A stretch of DNA of 64,000 nucleotides from NCBI RefSeq assembly GCF_001194135.2, contig NC_068981.1:192962588-193026587 (forward strand). Direction: 5' to 3'. Source of the stretch: Octopus bimaculoides. Its lineage: Eukaryota. The notes under the pieces are model-generated. The model was not told the origin of the DNA. It saw only the letters and a program-made list of their open reading frames with translations, and did no database searches. Positions 12,411 through 24,706 of the stretch are shown one piece after another; the stretch's first letter is position 1; the number at the start of each line of letters is the position of its first letter. The position numbers and the translations under genes were made by a program.

Positions 12411-14640
12411 CAATATAGTGGACACTTGAGGGAAATTCCTCTCCTCTCTATTATATATACATACATACGAACGTAGTAGATAACAGCTAGCCTTTGGCCA
12501 CATTTTGGACCCTTGTGTCCATTACTCTGATTGGTTGGTATTGGCACAATTTTGTCTCTTGCTCTACCGTGCACCAATATGCAACCCAGCCAATTGTAGC
12601 CTTCAAATAAGGTCACATGTGGCAGCCTGCTTTATACCCAGCTTTGAGCCTACAACTTCTTATGAAACTCCAGCTTCTCTATTTCATAAATTTTGCCATA
12701 AAGGCATTACATAGAGGGGACAAACAAAGACAAACAAACATAAAGAAGCTGCGAGCTGGACACGGACATTACTGAATGAAATGAATACAAAAAGATGAGT
12801 AAAAAATGGGAGAGGCACCGGCACCCGCCGACCAACAACCCCTCGAAAACCTTGTTCAATAAAAATCATCAACAAAATCAAATTAAATCAAGTCCTATAG
12901 TCCTCCACATCTGGGCCCCCAAGCAAGATTCCTGCTGCCTGCAGGACAACCCACAATGGCTGGCCCGGCTTTATGATGATGAAGTCCTTCCTGTCACATA
13001 TCCTTTCAACATTTTTTCCTTCTCTGACATATAAGACCTCCGCAAACACCTACGGAGGCCTTATCGTCTCGATAAGCTTCTCATCGTCTCAATGTCTTTG
13101 GTTCCAGACCTTTTAAGGTCTAGCCACTGACCGCACAAGACACAGCCAGTTCCAGCGACAGCACTCATCCAACAGCATAAGGCAATCTCTTTCTTCGTCT
13201 CCACCATCATCTTCTTAATGTCGTCAACATCATCTCTCTATGTACACAGTAACCAGCAACTCGCCCAGGTTCCAATACAGCACTGTTTGTGAATTACTTC
13301 ACCATGGATCAACAGCAAATATACAACTTGCAGGAACTCCTGTACCAAGTGACCCAACAGCAGCATTACAGCCACAACTTCACGTATGACATGTACTGCA
13401 ACCGGCTCTGCATCGTTGCCACAACTTCTTGATACAGTATTTCAACTTATCATGTACGACTGACTACAAACTGGTATTTCTCATTCTTGTGTCTATGAAC
13501 ATTCTTCTAACTCCTCACTATAGACTCTTTCAATGTTTTTCTTCTTCATTACTATTCTTATCTGTACTTAACGCACACGCATACATCCATGCCTATACAC
13601 ACACATACACTTTGTTCTCATGACGGCCTGTCTATTGTTCTGTATACATGACGCACACACAATCACACACGTTAACATATCAATAAATCTTCTCTTAAAC
13701 ATTCTACTTGATTACGTGTCTCTCTTCTCCTTCTGGCATATATACGCATTATTCTTTTTATATTTATTGTATTGACCGTGTGATGTACTCAGGAGCCATT
13801 CTTGTCACCTCACTTTGCATGGTCGTTACAACAGCAACAACTACAGCAGTAGAGTAATTCATTCCCCCTTTTGTGAGATTCGATCCCTGCACTCTCAGTT
13901 CCCAGTTAATTTAATACTTCTTCACTGATCTGATCTTCCTTTTCTTACTCTGGTTGCCTAGTTGTTGTTGTTGTTTAGCCCTAGGTCAGCTCTGATCCTG
14001 CAGACATGATCAGAGACATTTTAGCCTTGACCATCCTGATTTGTCTTCAGACTTAGTTTCTCTCAGATCACTTATTTACTAGACAATGGGATATGATTTG
14101 AGGGAGATTTAGTTGCTATTTTGAGTGGGTTGAATGAGCACATTGAGGCAGCTTAACTGGCTTGAGGTCCCCCCCCCCGCATTTATTCTGTTGCCTAGCT
14201 ACAAGGATAGCTGGATTTCAGTATCTTATCTAGGGTACTGTGCACTAGCCTGGCTGGTTAGAGTTACAGTACCTTATTTGGCAACTAAATTAGGATGATT
14301 ATGAACTTTGGCCTCAGTCTGGTTTCAGTTTCTCTAGTAAGGTGTCACCAAACACCTAAGTAGCTAATTATTTTGGAATGACCTAAGAAATGACATTAGT
14401 TTTGGATGTTATGTCACAAATGTAAGTGAAATGTATATAACATGACACACACATACACGTCTGGTAGTGTTGTTTGGTAAGAAAGCGATTTCTGGTACCT
14501 TAACAGCCAATGAATAAAAACAAAAGCAACTGCAAAAAAGCAGACCTGGTTGGTATATAAGGGGAATTTAGGGATGGTGGGGGAAGAAACTGCAAGCAGA
14601 AATAAAGAGAATAAAATTGATAGATAATAGGGGAAAAAAG

Positions 14641-14660
14641 ATAGATAGATAGATAGAGAG

Positions 14661-14691
<31 letters not shown>

Positions 14692-14740
14692 GATAGATAG
14701 ATATAATGAGAAAGAGAAAGAGAGAGAGAGAATGAGAGAA
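14641..14740 (+). repeat. (GATA)n then (GA)n microsatellite
   Basis: Seen directly. Confidence 0.95.
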
Positions 14741-15559
14741 AGAGAGAAGATATAGATGAGTGAAAGAAGGTGAGCAAATAGAGATTCAGGTTGCATAGAC
14801 ACACAGACACAAATGACTACCATACCCCCAACTAGAAAAACATGATTATAAGATTGCTAGTGAGGGTTGGTTACAGAAACAGTGATAAAAGGCACAGATG
14901 TAAGAATGTATGCTAAATATAGCTACTTATACAGTAGAGATATCAGTTCTAACTCTCGCAACTATCATTCTGCTTTTTTTCTCTTATCATGTCTCAACAT
15001 TCTTGAGAATTCAGAAAAGATAACAGCATTTACAGAGGCCTGAAGACAACTGAAAAGAATCCCCCAAACCAAGTTGTTGTTCTCTTTCAAGTGAGTGCTA
15101 AATACCAACCAACATTTTAGAAAGATCATCCTTAGATTCTTTAATCCCTAAACTGTGTGGAAAATGGGACAGATTTTAGACCCTTTTATTTTGTTGACAC
15201 TGTGACACCATATCAAGTCATATTGATATGACAAGAGCTGACATGAAATCCTCAACATCAGTGATTTTCAGCTTAGAGGTTGTGGGATCATTCTGAAAGG
15301 GGTGGGAAGACAAGGTTTTTTGCTTTTAAAATATATAAGATAGGAACTGCGAATGAATATGCTATACAATAAAACACAGGCATAATGACCACAACATAAC
15401 ACTTACTGCCAAAAAATACCCCTCAAACCAGGAATATTTTCACAAGAAAAGTATCAAATGTTAATTTTATTATATTTTTGGAAAAATGAATTTTTATTGG
15501 AAATATTAAAAAAAGAAGAGGTATTGTGGTACATAGTTGCTCAGCCTTATCTCCCTTAA

Positions 15560-15777
15560 CTCTTTTGATACCAAATTGCCTGAGATCACCTTAGGTCTAT
15601 GATACAAGCTTCCTGTTTTAAAGAAATTTAAATTAAAACCTTCCATCAAAATTATATAATTTATGTTCCAACCACTGCCTTCATAATGACAAAGTTATTT
15701 TACAAAATTCATCATCATTTTCAAAATTAACTGATGCAAAGGCAGCATATTTCAACAAAAATATGGTAATGAAAGGG
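15560..15777. mobile_element. TTAA-flanked MITE (piggyBac-like ends)
   Basis: TTAA|CTCTTTTGATACCA..TGGTAATGAAAGGG|TTAA; internal sequence is the reverse complement of the 29519-29739 copy. Confidence 0.8.
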
Positions 15778-16397
15778 TTAAACCCCATACAACCATCTTA
15801 AAAGAAAAAAACATTGGCGTGTTTGATAGCCTTAAGTTTTACAAAGAAATGCTATGGTCTTGGGTGGATTGTTTTTGACCATTGGTTTGTAAGATCAGAG
15901 ATGATGTGGACTAAAGCATAACAACTGAAACAGCAACAATAATTTCAACATAAATTTAACAGTGATGAAACAATGATAAAATCTTTATATGCTTGCTCAA
16001 CTTGCTAGAAACATCAGTTAAATTCCACACAAATAACATTTTACTAGCTTTAGAATGGAACATATTTGATTCCATAGTCATGGGTCAGCTTGATCAAGGT
16101 TGATCTGTTGCTAAACAACAACCACAATAACAACAACTTTACCAGCTCAGTTTTTACCTTTAATATATCCAGCATCAAGAAAAACCAACACACACAAAAC
16201 AATGTCAGTGGACATCAGTACACCACAAGTAGTAAACCACTGAATGTTACAGTGCACCTTAGTTAGGGCTCTTAATGAAAGAGTGGTGTGGTCAAGCTGG
16301 AGCAAACTTCCTTAAATGTTCATTAAGTAGATGACAGTATCATATAACTAGAACAATGGATCAGTGAATCCTTTCTGGTCATTAGATTAACAACTCA

Positions 16398-17152
16398 TAG
16401 AGGGAACCTGTGGAAGTGGTAGACCCAGGAAGACCTGGGATAAGGTGGTGAAGCATAACCTTTGAACGCTGGGCCTAACAAAGGCAATGACGAATGACTG
16501 AGACCTTTAGAGATATGCTGTGTTTAAGAAAACCTGGCAAACCAAGTGTGACCGTAACTATGGCCTATGCCAATGCAGCGTAACTGGCCCATTTAAGAGG
16601 ACCCTTCAATCATTGGGCAATATGCTGTGTTTATGAAAGCCTGTTGAGTCAAGTGAAATCATTGCCATGGCTTATGCCAGTACCGCCTGACTGGCACCTG
16701 TGCCAGTGGCACGTAAAAGCATCATTCAAGCATGGTCGATGCCAGTGCCGCCTGTCTGGTCCCATGTCAGAGGCACATAAAAAGCACTATTTGAGCGTGG
16801 TCATTGCCAGTGCCACCTGACTGGCTCCCGTGCTGGTGGCACATAAAAAGCACCAATCGCGTGTGGGTCATTGCCAGTGTTGCCTGACTGGCTTCCATGC
16901 CAATGGCATGTAAAAAGCACCATTCAAGCATGGTCGATGCCAGTACTGCCTGACTGGCTCTCGAGCTGGTGATACGTAAAAACCACCCACTACACTCTCA
17001 GAGTGGTTGGCGTTAGGAAGGGCATCCAGCTGTAGAGACCTTTCCAGATCAGATTGGAGCCTGGTGCAGCCTCCTGGCTCACCAGTCCCCAGTCAAGCCA
17101 TCCAACCCATGCCAGCTTGGAAAACGGACCTTAAACGATGACGACGATGATG
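16398..17152 (+). mobile_element. RTE LINE 3' end (C-terminus, 3' UTR with five ~65-nt repeat units, (GAT)n tail)
   Basis: EGTCGSGRPRKTWDKVVKHNL*TLGLTKAMT; UTR homologous to the 21696 and 60661 copies; ends ccaacccatgccagc..ttaaacgatgacgacgatgat. Confidence 0.9.
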
Positions 17153-18590
17153 TGTCATAGTGAAGATAGCCTCTAAGTAGTGACTTGACCTCCTACAGTT
17201 AACGACAAAATCTCTCTTATATTGCTCTACATGTTAAAAAAAATAAGCAGGAAGGACGTATGGAAGGTATTCTGAGATATACAAGATGTGATAGTCTTGG
17301 TTGGAAAGTCTTTGATCATAGGTCGCTCAGTCAGGATTTTACTTGGGGTTAAACAACACCAATAGATACACAACAACAAAGCTATGAAGCAAGGGTTATC
17401 ATTTTTAAATAACTAAGAAAACATCAAATAATAACCAGCTCCAAATTATTGGTTTCATTCCACAAGAACACAAGATATTGGATATATAACAGAAGCTATG
17501 GTCTGTGTGTTCATTTAATTATCAAATTATTTTTATTTTTATACTGGTGAGTGGTTTGGCACCAAGAGAAGTGAGCCACACCAGACATGTTGGTGTTACT
17601 TCCCTGTTCTGATTTTAATTCATACCACACTCAGTTTTATTTCTACCTGTCGGATTTAGTGCATATGTACTTATAATATACTGAAGATAATTCCTTGAAC
17701 CATGTTCCTTCCCTAAACAAAAATGAATCTACATTAGACTGGATTAAAAATAAAATAAATAAATAGAAAAAAACCCATTCAAATAAATAGTGTCATGGTT
17801 TCAACTAGATTGAGCAATACTTTGTATTGTTTTGTCTGTCTACTACTTATCTATTGATCTAGCCGCCTCTCTGTCAGTCTGTCTATCGTTCTATCTCTCT
17901 ATCTGCCTGTCTCTGTAGTTGTCCATACTGTGTTTATTCAAGAAATGCCATATATAATTCAAGTAAATAGCCAAAGTCTTTGGCATCAATCACTTATAAG
18001 TATGTAAAAAATATACAATATTACAATAATTTTGGCATAAGGCTAGCAGTTCTGGGGAGGGAGAAAGTTGATTACATCGACCCCTAAAAGGATGAAAGGC
18101 AAAGATGACCATGGTGGAATTTGAACTCAGAACGTAAAGAGAGATGAAAGGGTGTCAAGCATTGTGTCAGGTGTGCTAATGTGTCTACCAGTTTGCCACT
18201 TTAAATGTTACCATAATATTAGCAAAACAAAGGCATCACATCTTTCACAAATGAATTGGCTGAATTATTTTCATTATTTGAGAAATGTGATTAACACATT
18301 TGCAAGGTTTGTTTGTCCCTGCAGCATCTGCTAAATCATAATTTTAAATAATAAAGTGGTACTGGTGGCTGTGTTGTTAAGAAGCTTGCTTCCCAGCCAT
18401 GTAGTTTCAGGTTCAGTCCCATTGTGCAGCACCTTCTGCAATTGTTTTGTACTATAGCTTTGGTTCAGCCAAAACCTTATGCGTGGATTTGATAGATGGA
18501 AGCTGAAAAGACAGCTGTTGCGTGTGTGCATGCATGTGTGTGTGTGTGTGTGTATACATGTGTGAGACAACTGTGATGGTTGTTAGCAAG

Positions 18591-18729
18591 TAGGAGTGGC
18601 TGTGCAGTAAGTAGCTTGCTTACAAACCACATGGTTCCGGGTTCAGTCCCACTGTGTGACACCTTTGGCCTCAGGCTGACCAAAGCCTTGTGTGTGGATT
18701 TGGTAGACAGAAACTGAAAGAAGCCCATC

Positions 18730-18783
<54 letters not shown>

Positions 18784-18993
18784 CTATATGTTTGTGTGTC
18801 AGTGTTTGTCCCCCAACATCGCTTGACAACCGATGCTGGTGTGTTTATGTCCCTGTAACTTAGTGATTTGGCAAAAGAGAACCGATAGAATAAGTACTAG
18901 GCTTACAAAGAATAAGTCCTGGGGTTGATTTGCTCAACTAAAGGTGGTGCTCCAGCATGGCCACAGTCACATGACTGAAACAAGTAAAAGAGT
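18591..18993 (+). mobile_element. CORE-type tRNA-derived SINE (family B), full length with internal (TA)n
   Basis: Head ggctgtgcagtaagtagcttgc..ggttcagtccc, CORE-like segment, (TA)n, 3' part ending gaaacaagtaaaagagtaa. Other copies at about 1620(-), 8070, 18361, 26745, 28130, 30535(-), 39590(-), 54008, 62557(-) and 63657. Confidence 0.85.
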
Positions 18994-20149
18994 AAGTAAT
19001 ATTGTTCATTAAGTAATGTTGTTCATTTCGAACCTGCCATTAAAATCATGTCTGCCATGATCCTGTTCATCGAAACCAAGATTGTTAATCAATTCCAACC
19101 ACTACAACATCAACATATGATATTTCAGGTTCCTTTACATAATAATATTTCATAATCAAATGCTGACATTTTTAAGGTCTGTCTCATAATACATGAAGGT
19201 TTTACTTTTGATAAAGCACAATTGTTGGTAAAGCAACACTTAGTGGTCTATGATTTAAAACAAAGGTATCTTATTATTTTTCATTATTTTAAAGATTATT
19301 TGAAATAAAAGCAGTGTAGTTTGAAAGAAATATGGTAATAAAAGGGTTAAACTTTTGGATTATCTAATTAAAGATATTCTTATGCTCAAACAATGCTCAC
19401 ATCAATGTTTACATACCATCTACGAATCTCATTTGAATTATATCAGCTTCTACACCACAGGTTCTCAACTGGTGTGCTGTGGTACCCCAGGGTGCAGTGA
19501 AATACACATGTCTGTGGTATCATGATTGATCATTTAGAGTCAAAAATACATTTTGATACTATTTTAACAAAAAATATTATTGTCATCTTATTTAATGTGG
19601 CTATCAAATATGGTAAGGCTTAAATGTAATGCTTTGTTGCTTCATTGTAAATGAAATGACTTCAGAGCACTGACAATGATAAAAAATACCCACATGTTTT
19701 TATCAAAAGTAGCTGTGATGAAAAGGTGAAAGTTTTTCTAAACCTTTAGCATAATATCTGTGCCTCCGCAATAGATAGATAGATATAGATATATATGCAT
19801 ATATATANNNNNNNNNNNNNNNNNNNNNNNNNNNNNNNNNNNNNNNNNNNNNNNNNNNNNNNNNNNNNNNNNNNNNNNNNNNNNNNNNNNNNNNNNNNNN
19901 NNNNNNNNNNNNNNNNNNNNNNNNNNNNNNNNNNNNNNNNNNNNNNNNNNNTATATATATATATATATGGACACTATAATAAAAAAAAAAACATTCCTGC
20001 CAACATAGTTTAATGACCAATTCACCAATTTGGCACTTAAGATTTAACAAGATTAAATTTTAATTTTCTTATGTCTTTTTGGCATCTTGTCCATTTGACT
20101 TTATGTCCGTTCAGCTTCTTGGCTTTGGCAAAAGTGCATTCAGCATCCA

Positions 20150-20872
20150 GTCCATGTACCATTAAAATAGTGACCTCTGAGCTGCATTTTCAACTTGGGG
20201 AAGAGATGGAAGTCCACTGGTGCTAGATCTGGCAAATAGGGCAGGTGCAGAAGCTATGCCCCCATGTTGTCTTTGGAGAGAGACTCAGGAGTGAGAAGTC
20301 AGTGGAAAGGTGCATTGTCATCGTGAAGGATCTAATTCTTTGCACTCCACAGATTTGGTCCCTTTTGCTGAATGTCCTCCCTCAACACTTCAAAACGTCA
20401 CAGTAGAACTCTTGGTTGATGGTCTGGCCCTGAGGGATGAATTCTCAATGCACATTACCACATTTCTGGGGGTGACATTTGTGGCAGGTCTTCCAGGTCA
20501 CTCATCGTCTTCCAAGGACATTCTGCTTTAGAAGGACCTCTACCACTTGAAACATTGCAAATGACCCATTGCCTCGTTGCTGTAAACTTTCAGAAGCATG
20601 TTCAATGTCTCTGTAGCAGACTTCCTAAATTTAATGCAAAATTTCACATTGGCACTTTATTCCATCTTCCTGACCATGACGAAAACCACAGACTACAGCA
20701 TACACATGATCACAAAAACACAAATTTCACGACTTGTGAAGTAAACACAGCAATGTCACTAGTCACACTGCTTCATGAAGGTCACTGCAAGCTCTCACTG
20801 TACAAGCAACTGTGTGCAGCCATCTATTGGCAGGCTACAGATCTAGTCTGGGAACTTTTTGATACCACCTCA
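20150..20872 (-). mobile_element. Mariner transposon remnant (different family from 32704), internally deleted
   Basis: Minus-strand translation: NVKFCIKFRKSATETLNMLLKVY..SLEDDE*PGRP..; EFIPQGQTINQEFYCDVLK..; YLPDLAPVDFHLFPKLKMQLRGHYF. One TIR (GAGGTGGTATCAAAAAGTTCCCAGACT) ends at ~20871 next to TA; the other end was not found. Confidence 0.85.
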
Positions 20873-21695
20873 TACATTGAAGAATAATGTTACTGCAAGT
20901 TAGATTCACCTTGTAGATTATCTAATAGAGAATCTGATAGAAATTCTGTGCTATGTTCTTTCAAGGTCAAAATGTAATTTGACAGTTTGTTGCACTTCTG
21001 TATTTCTGAAGGAAGACATGTAGTTGAAGCAACTTTGTTTGAATTTACCTTCCAACGTAGCTACATAGTGTTTAATACACATCTGTGTTTAGGTATGGTG
21101 GGGTGCAGGTGACCTTTGCCTTGTAATAATTTCCAAACACAAACTTGCTAAAATAGTTGATTTCACACAGGATGGATTAATTGTACTTTGGAATATGGCC
21201 TTGTATTGAAAAACAAAATAACCTCCCCACCCACATTAGAAAAACAAAGAATAAGAGAAAATCATTCAGTTTCTCATCAGCAGTGACTACAAAAACAGGA
21301 GCAACATCCTTACTTTTGTTTATACACATGAGACTAAATACATGAAAATACCACATGCTTTGGCATGTGAATAGGTGAATATATCATGTGTTCTGCATAC
21401 AACAATTGAATAGATGAACGTGTGATGTATTCTGTAATGAATTTTTTGGCAACAAATCAAATCCCGATGACTAAATATATTTCAAGATGTCTTTATGGGG
21501 GTGAGGAGTTGGCAGAGTTGTTATTGTGCTGGGAAAAATATTTAATAGCATTTCTTCTGACTTTTGGGTTCAATAATATAAATGCCAGTTGAGCACTGGG
21601 GGTTAATGTAATTGACTTACCCCCTCTCCTGAAATTGCTGTCCTTGTGCCAAAATTTAAAATCAATATGTTTATATATTTACGTGTCACCTGCAC

Positions 21696-22722
21696 GAGGG
21701 CCAGTCAGGCGGTACTGGCAACGGCCACGCTCAAAATGGTGTCTTTTATGTGCCACCCGCACAAGAGCCAGTCCAGCGGCACTGGCAACGATCTCGCTCG
21801 AAAATCCTATGAAGGCCAGTCAGGCGGTACTGGCAACGGCCATGCTCAGAATGGTGCATCCCATGTGCCACCCGCACAAGAGCCAGTCCAGGGGCACTGG
21901 CAACGATCTCACTTGGCTTGCCAGGTCTTCTCACGCACAGCACATTTCCAAAGGTCTTGGTCAGTAGTCATCGCCTCGGTGAGGCCCAATGTTCGNNNNN
22001 NNNNNNNNNNNNNNNNNNNNNNNNNNNNNNNNNNNNNNNNNNNNNNNNNNNNNNNNNNNNNNNNNNNNNNNNNNNNNNNNNNNNNNNNNNNNNNNNNNNN
22101 NNNNNNNNNNNNNNNNNNNNNNNNNNNNNNNNNNNNNNNNNNNNNNNNNNNNNNNNNNNNNNNNNNNNNNNNNNNNNNNNNNNNNNNNNNNNNNNNNNNN
22201 NNNNNNNNNNNNNNNNNNNNNNNNNNNNNNNNNNNNNNNNNNNNNNNNNNNNNNNNNNNNNNNNNNNNNNNNNNNNNNNNNNNNNNNNNNNNNNNNNNNN
22301 NNNNNNNNNNNNNNNNNNNNNNNNNNNNNNNNNNNNNNNNNNNNNNNNNNNNNNNNNNNNAGAGCTCTCTAAACTTTGCCCAGGCTATTCTTATTGTAAC
22401 AGCTACACTTTCAGCGCACCCACCCCCACTACTAACTTGGTCACCCAGATAGCGGAAGCTATCGACTACCTCTAGTTTTTCTCCCTGGAATGAGATAGAA
22501 GTTGTTTCCTGTTTGTTTACAGTGTTTATTGCACCTGAACATCTGCCACATACAAAAACTAACTTCGTAGTTAATCTGCCTTTGATATTGCTGCACCTCT
22601 TATGTGTCCATAGCTTGCACCGGGTACATCTTATAGAGTTACTACCTACTCCATTTCTACATACCGAGCAGGGCCATCTACCTGAAGGGGTTTGTGTTTT
22701 ATCTACCTTCCTACTTATTAGG
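21696..22722 (-). mobile_element. RTE-clade LINE 3' fragment (RT motifs 6-7 with PHD-like finger, C-terminus, repeat-array 3' UTR); contains a 365-N gap
   Basis: ISRKVDK..WPCSVCRNGVGSNSIRCTRCKLWTHKRCS..FVCGRCSG..LEVVDSFRYLGDQVSSGGGC..IRIAWAKFREL [gap] RTLGLTEAMTTDQDLWKCAVREK, followed by four GCCAGT-N8-ACTGGC repeat units. Confidence 0.93.
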
Positions 22723-24557
22723 ATTAACAATATTAAAATACTGGATTATTACTGGAAAGTAAGTTCAGCTTCAAAACTTTAAAATGCTCCTTTCTAAACA
22801 AATTATTTAAACCATTTGACAGAAAATCTAATTTTAGTATGAAACATCTATTTGAAAAAGATTTACATAAATTTAACAATCTTTAAATCAGAAACTAATA
22901 ATATTCAAAAACTCCTACTTCATTTTTGTACTCAACATGACAAAAGTGATGCTTCAGCATATCATCATATTATTCATATTTCATATCATCACTTAAAAAA
23001 TATATATCACTTTAACAGTTAACCCATTTAAATTGTGATAACACCAATACGTGCACACTTTCAGAAATCCCATCAGATATACACACATCAATTTTCAAAT
23101 TAACTTTGGGTATTGAAAGATAAATACACCCATTTTGTCATCAAATAAAAAATTTTGAAATCCACCAAAAAACATAATCAATTTTTAAGAGCCTGTGGTT
23201 TATGTTTCTCTGATAAAATAACAAGAAAAACAAAAAACATTTACCAAGGAAATATGAATAATATGAAATAATTTACATTGTTTGCTTCCTAAATTGAATA
23301 TGCTTAAAATATAATACATGCAAGAGAGTGACTTCCCTTGCACCATACGTATTAATATTTGGGCCATTCACCTATATTGCTATATATTTATACAACTTTA
23401 TAAAGAGGCTATTTTTATTGAGGTTATCTAAAGAAAGGTGCAGTGCCCATAGCTTTTACAAGCTCTCCAACATGAAACATAATTAGCTTGTATACACCTA
23501 AACCTCAATATTTTAAATCATTTTCTTCTCTTTACTAATTTGCTCTTCATTATTTTTTCCTCCTCTTTCTTAAAATCTGTTCAGAAATCATCTTCAGTTT
23601 CTCCTCTTTATCTTTTACTAATTTTCTCTGCATCTTTTCATGCTCAAAATTGTTAAAATACGATATTAACTACTTGCATCAGTTGTTTGCTGCCAGGAGA
23701 CCATTCCCTTCATGTTTCCTGAAATTCACAAACACCATTCCTGAAGAGCCTAAGGGCTCTTTTCTCTTCATAGCTCTTTTACCCTTTGCCTGGAAGGCAG
23801 TTTTTCTGATAGTGATTACAAATGTAACTCATTCCATTTATTCTGCTAAACCATATCTATAGTCTTTGTTGAGGAAACACTAAACCAGTTGTGTAAAAGT
23901 ACAGGAATAAACATTTTTGGATCAGATGACAACTTTTATTAGACAGAATTCTGTGTGATGATGTTTGGCATATAGAGGATGGAGAGGGAGTGGGGAGAAG
24001 ATAATGGTAGTGTACAAACACACATACACACACACACACACACACCCATCTTGTCATCACCATTTTAATGTTTGTTTCCCATGCTTAGTAATGCCTTGCA
24101 TTATAAGTATACTGACTTCTGACTGGCCGTTGGTCTTACTATGGCTTAAAAGAATTATAGTTTATATATGTGTAACTGTGTGTGTGTGTGTGTGTATTTA
24201 TATGCATGCACGTAAATTTTGTATGTTAATTGTAGCATTGTTTTGCAATATTAAAACTTCATAATAATCTATCCCACTGAGGTCAACTTTGTTTTTCATT
24301 CTGTTGAGGTTTTGTGTGGGTTCTGAGCATTGGAGTTGATAATATAAGTACCAGCTGAGCACTGGAGTCGATGTAATTTACTTAACCCCTCTCCTAAAAT
24401 TGCTGGCCTTGTTCCTAAAGTTGAAACCAATATTATTTCCATAATCAATTGTCTGTTTTCTTTTGTGTAGGTTCTATAAAGTAGAGATGCAATTTTCTGT
24501 CTACATGTTTCTATGTGGTTTTGTCTTATACACACATACACATATATACACTCACAG

Positions 24558-24573
24558 AGAGAGAGAGAGAGAG

Positions 24574-24625
<52 letters not shown>

Positions 24626-24657
24626 ATGAAANNNNNNNNNNNNNNNNNNNNNNNNNN

Positions 24658-24702
<45 letters not shown>
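24558..24702 (+). repeat. (GA)n microsatellite spanning a gap
   Basis: Seen directly. Confidence 0.95.

Positions 24703-24706
<4 letters not shown>

Noticed and set aside
16675-16990. CRISPR-like repeat/spacer appearance
   Set aside because: Eukaryotic DNA; whole units are homologous, there are no unique spacers or cas genes, and the array lies in a LINE 3' UTR.
23741-23760. CTGAAGA-GCC-TAAG-GGC as a hammerhead
   Set aside because: The required GAAA after stem II is replaced by TCTT.
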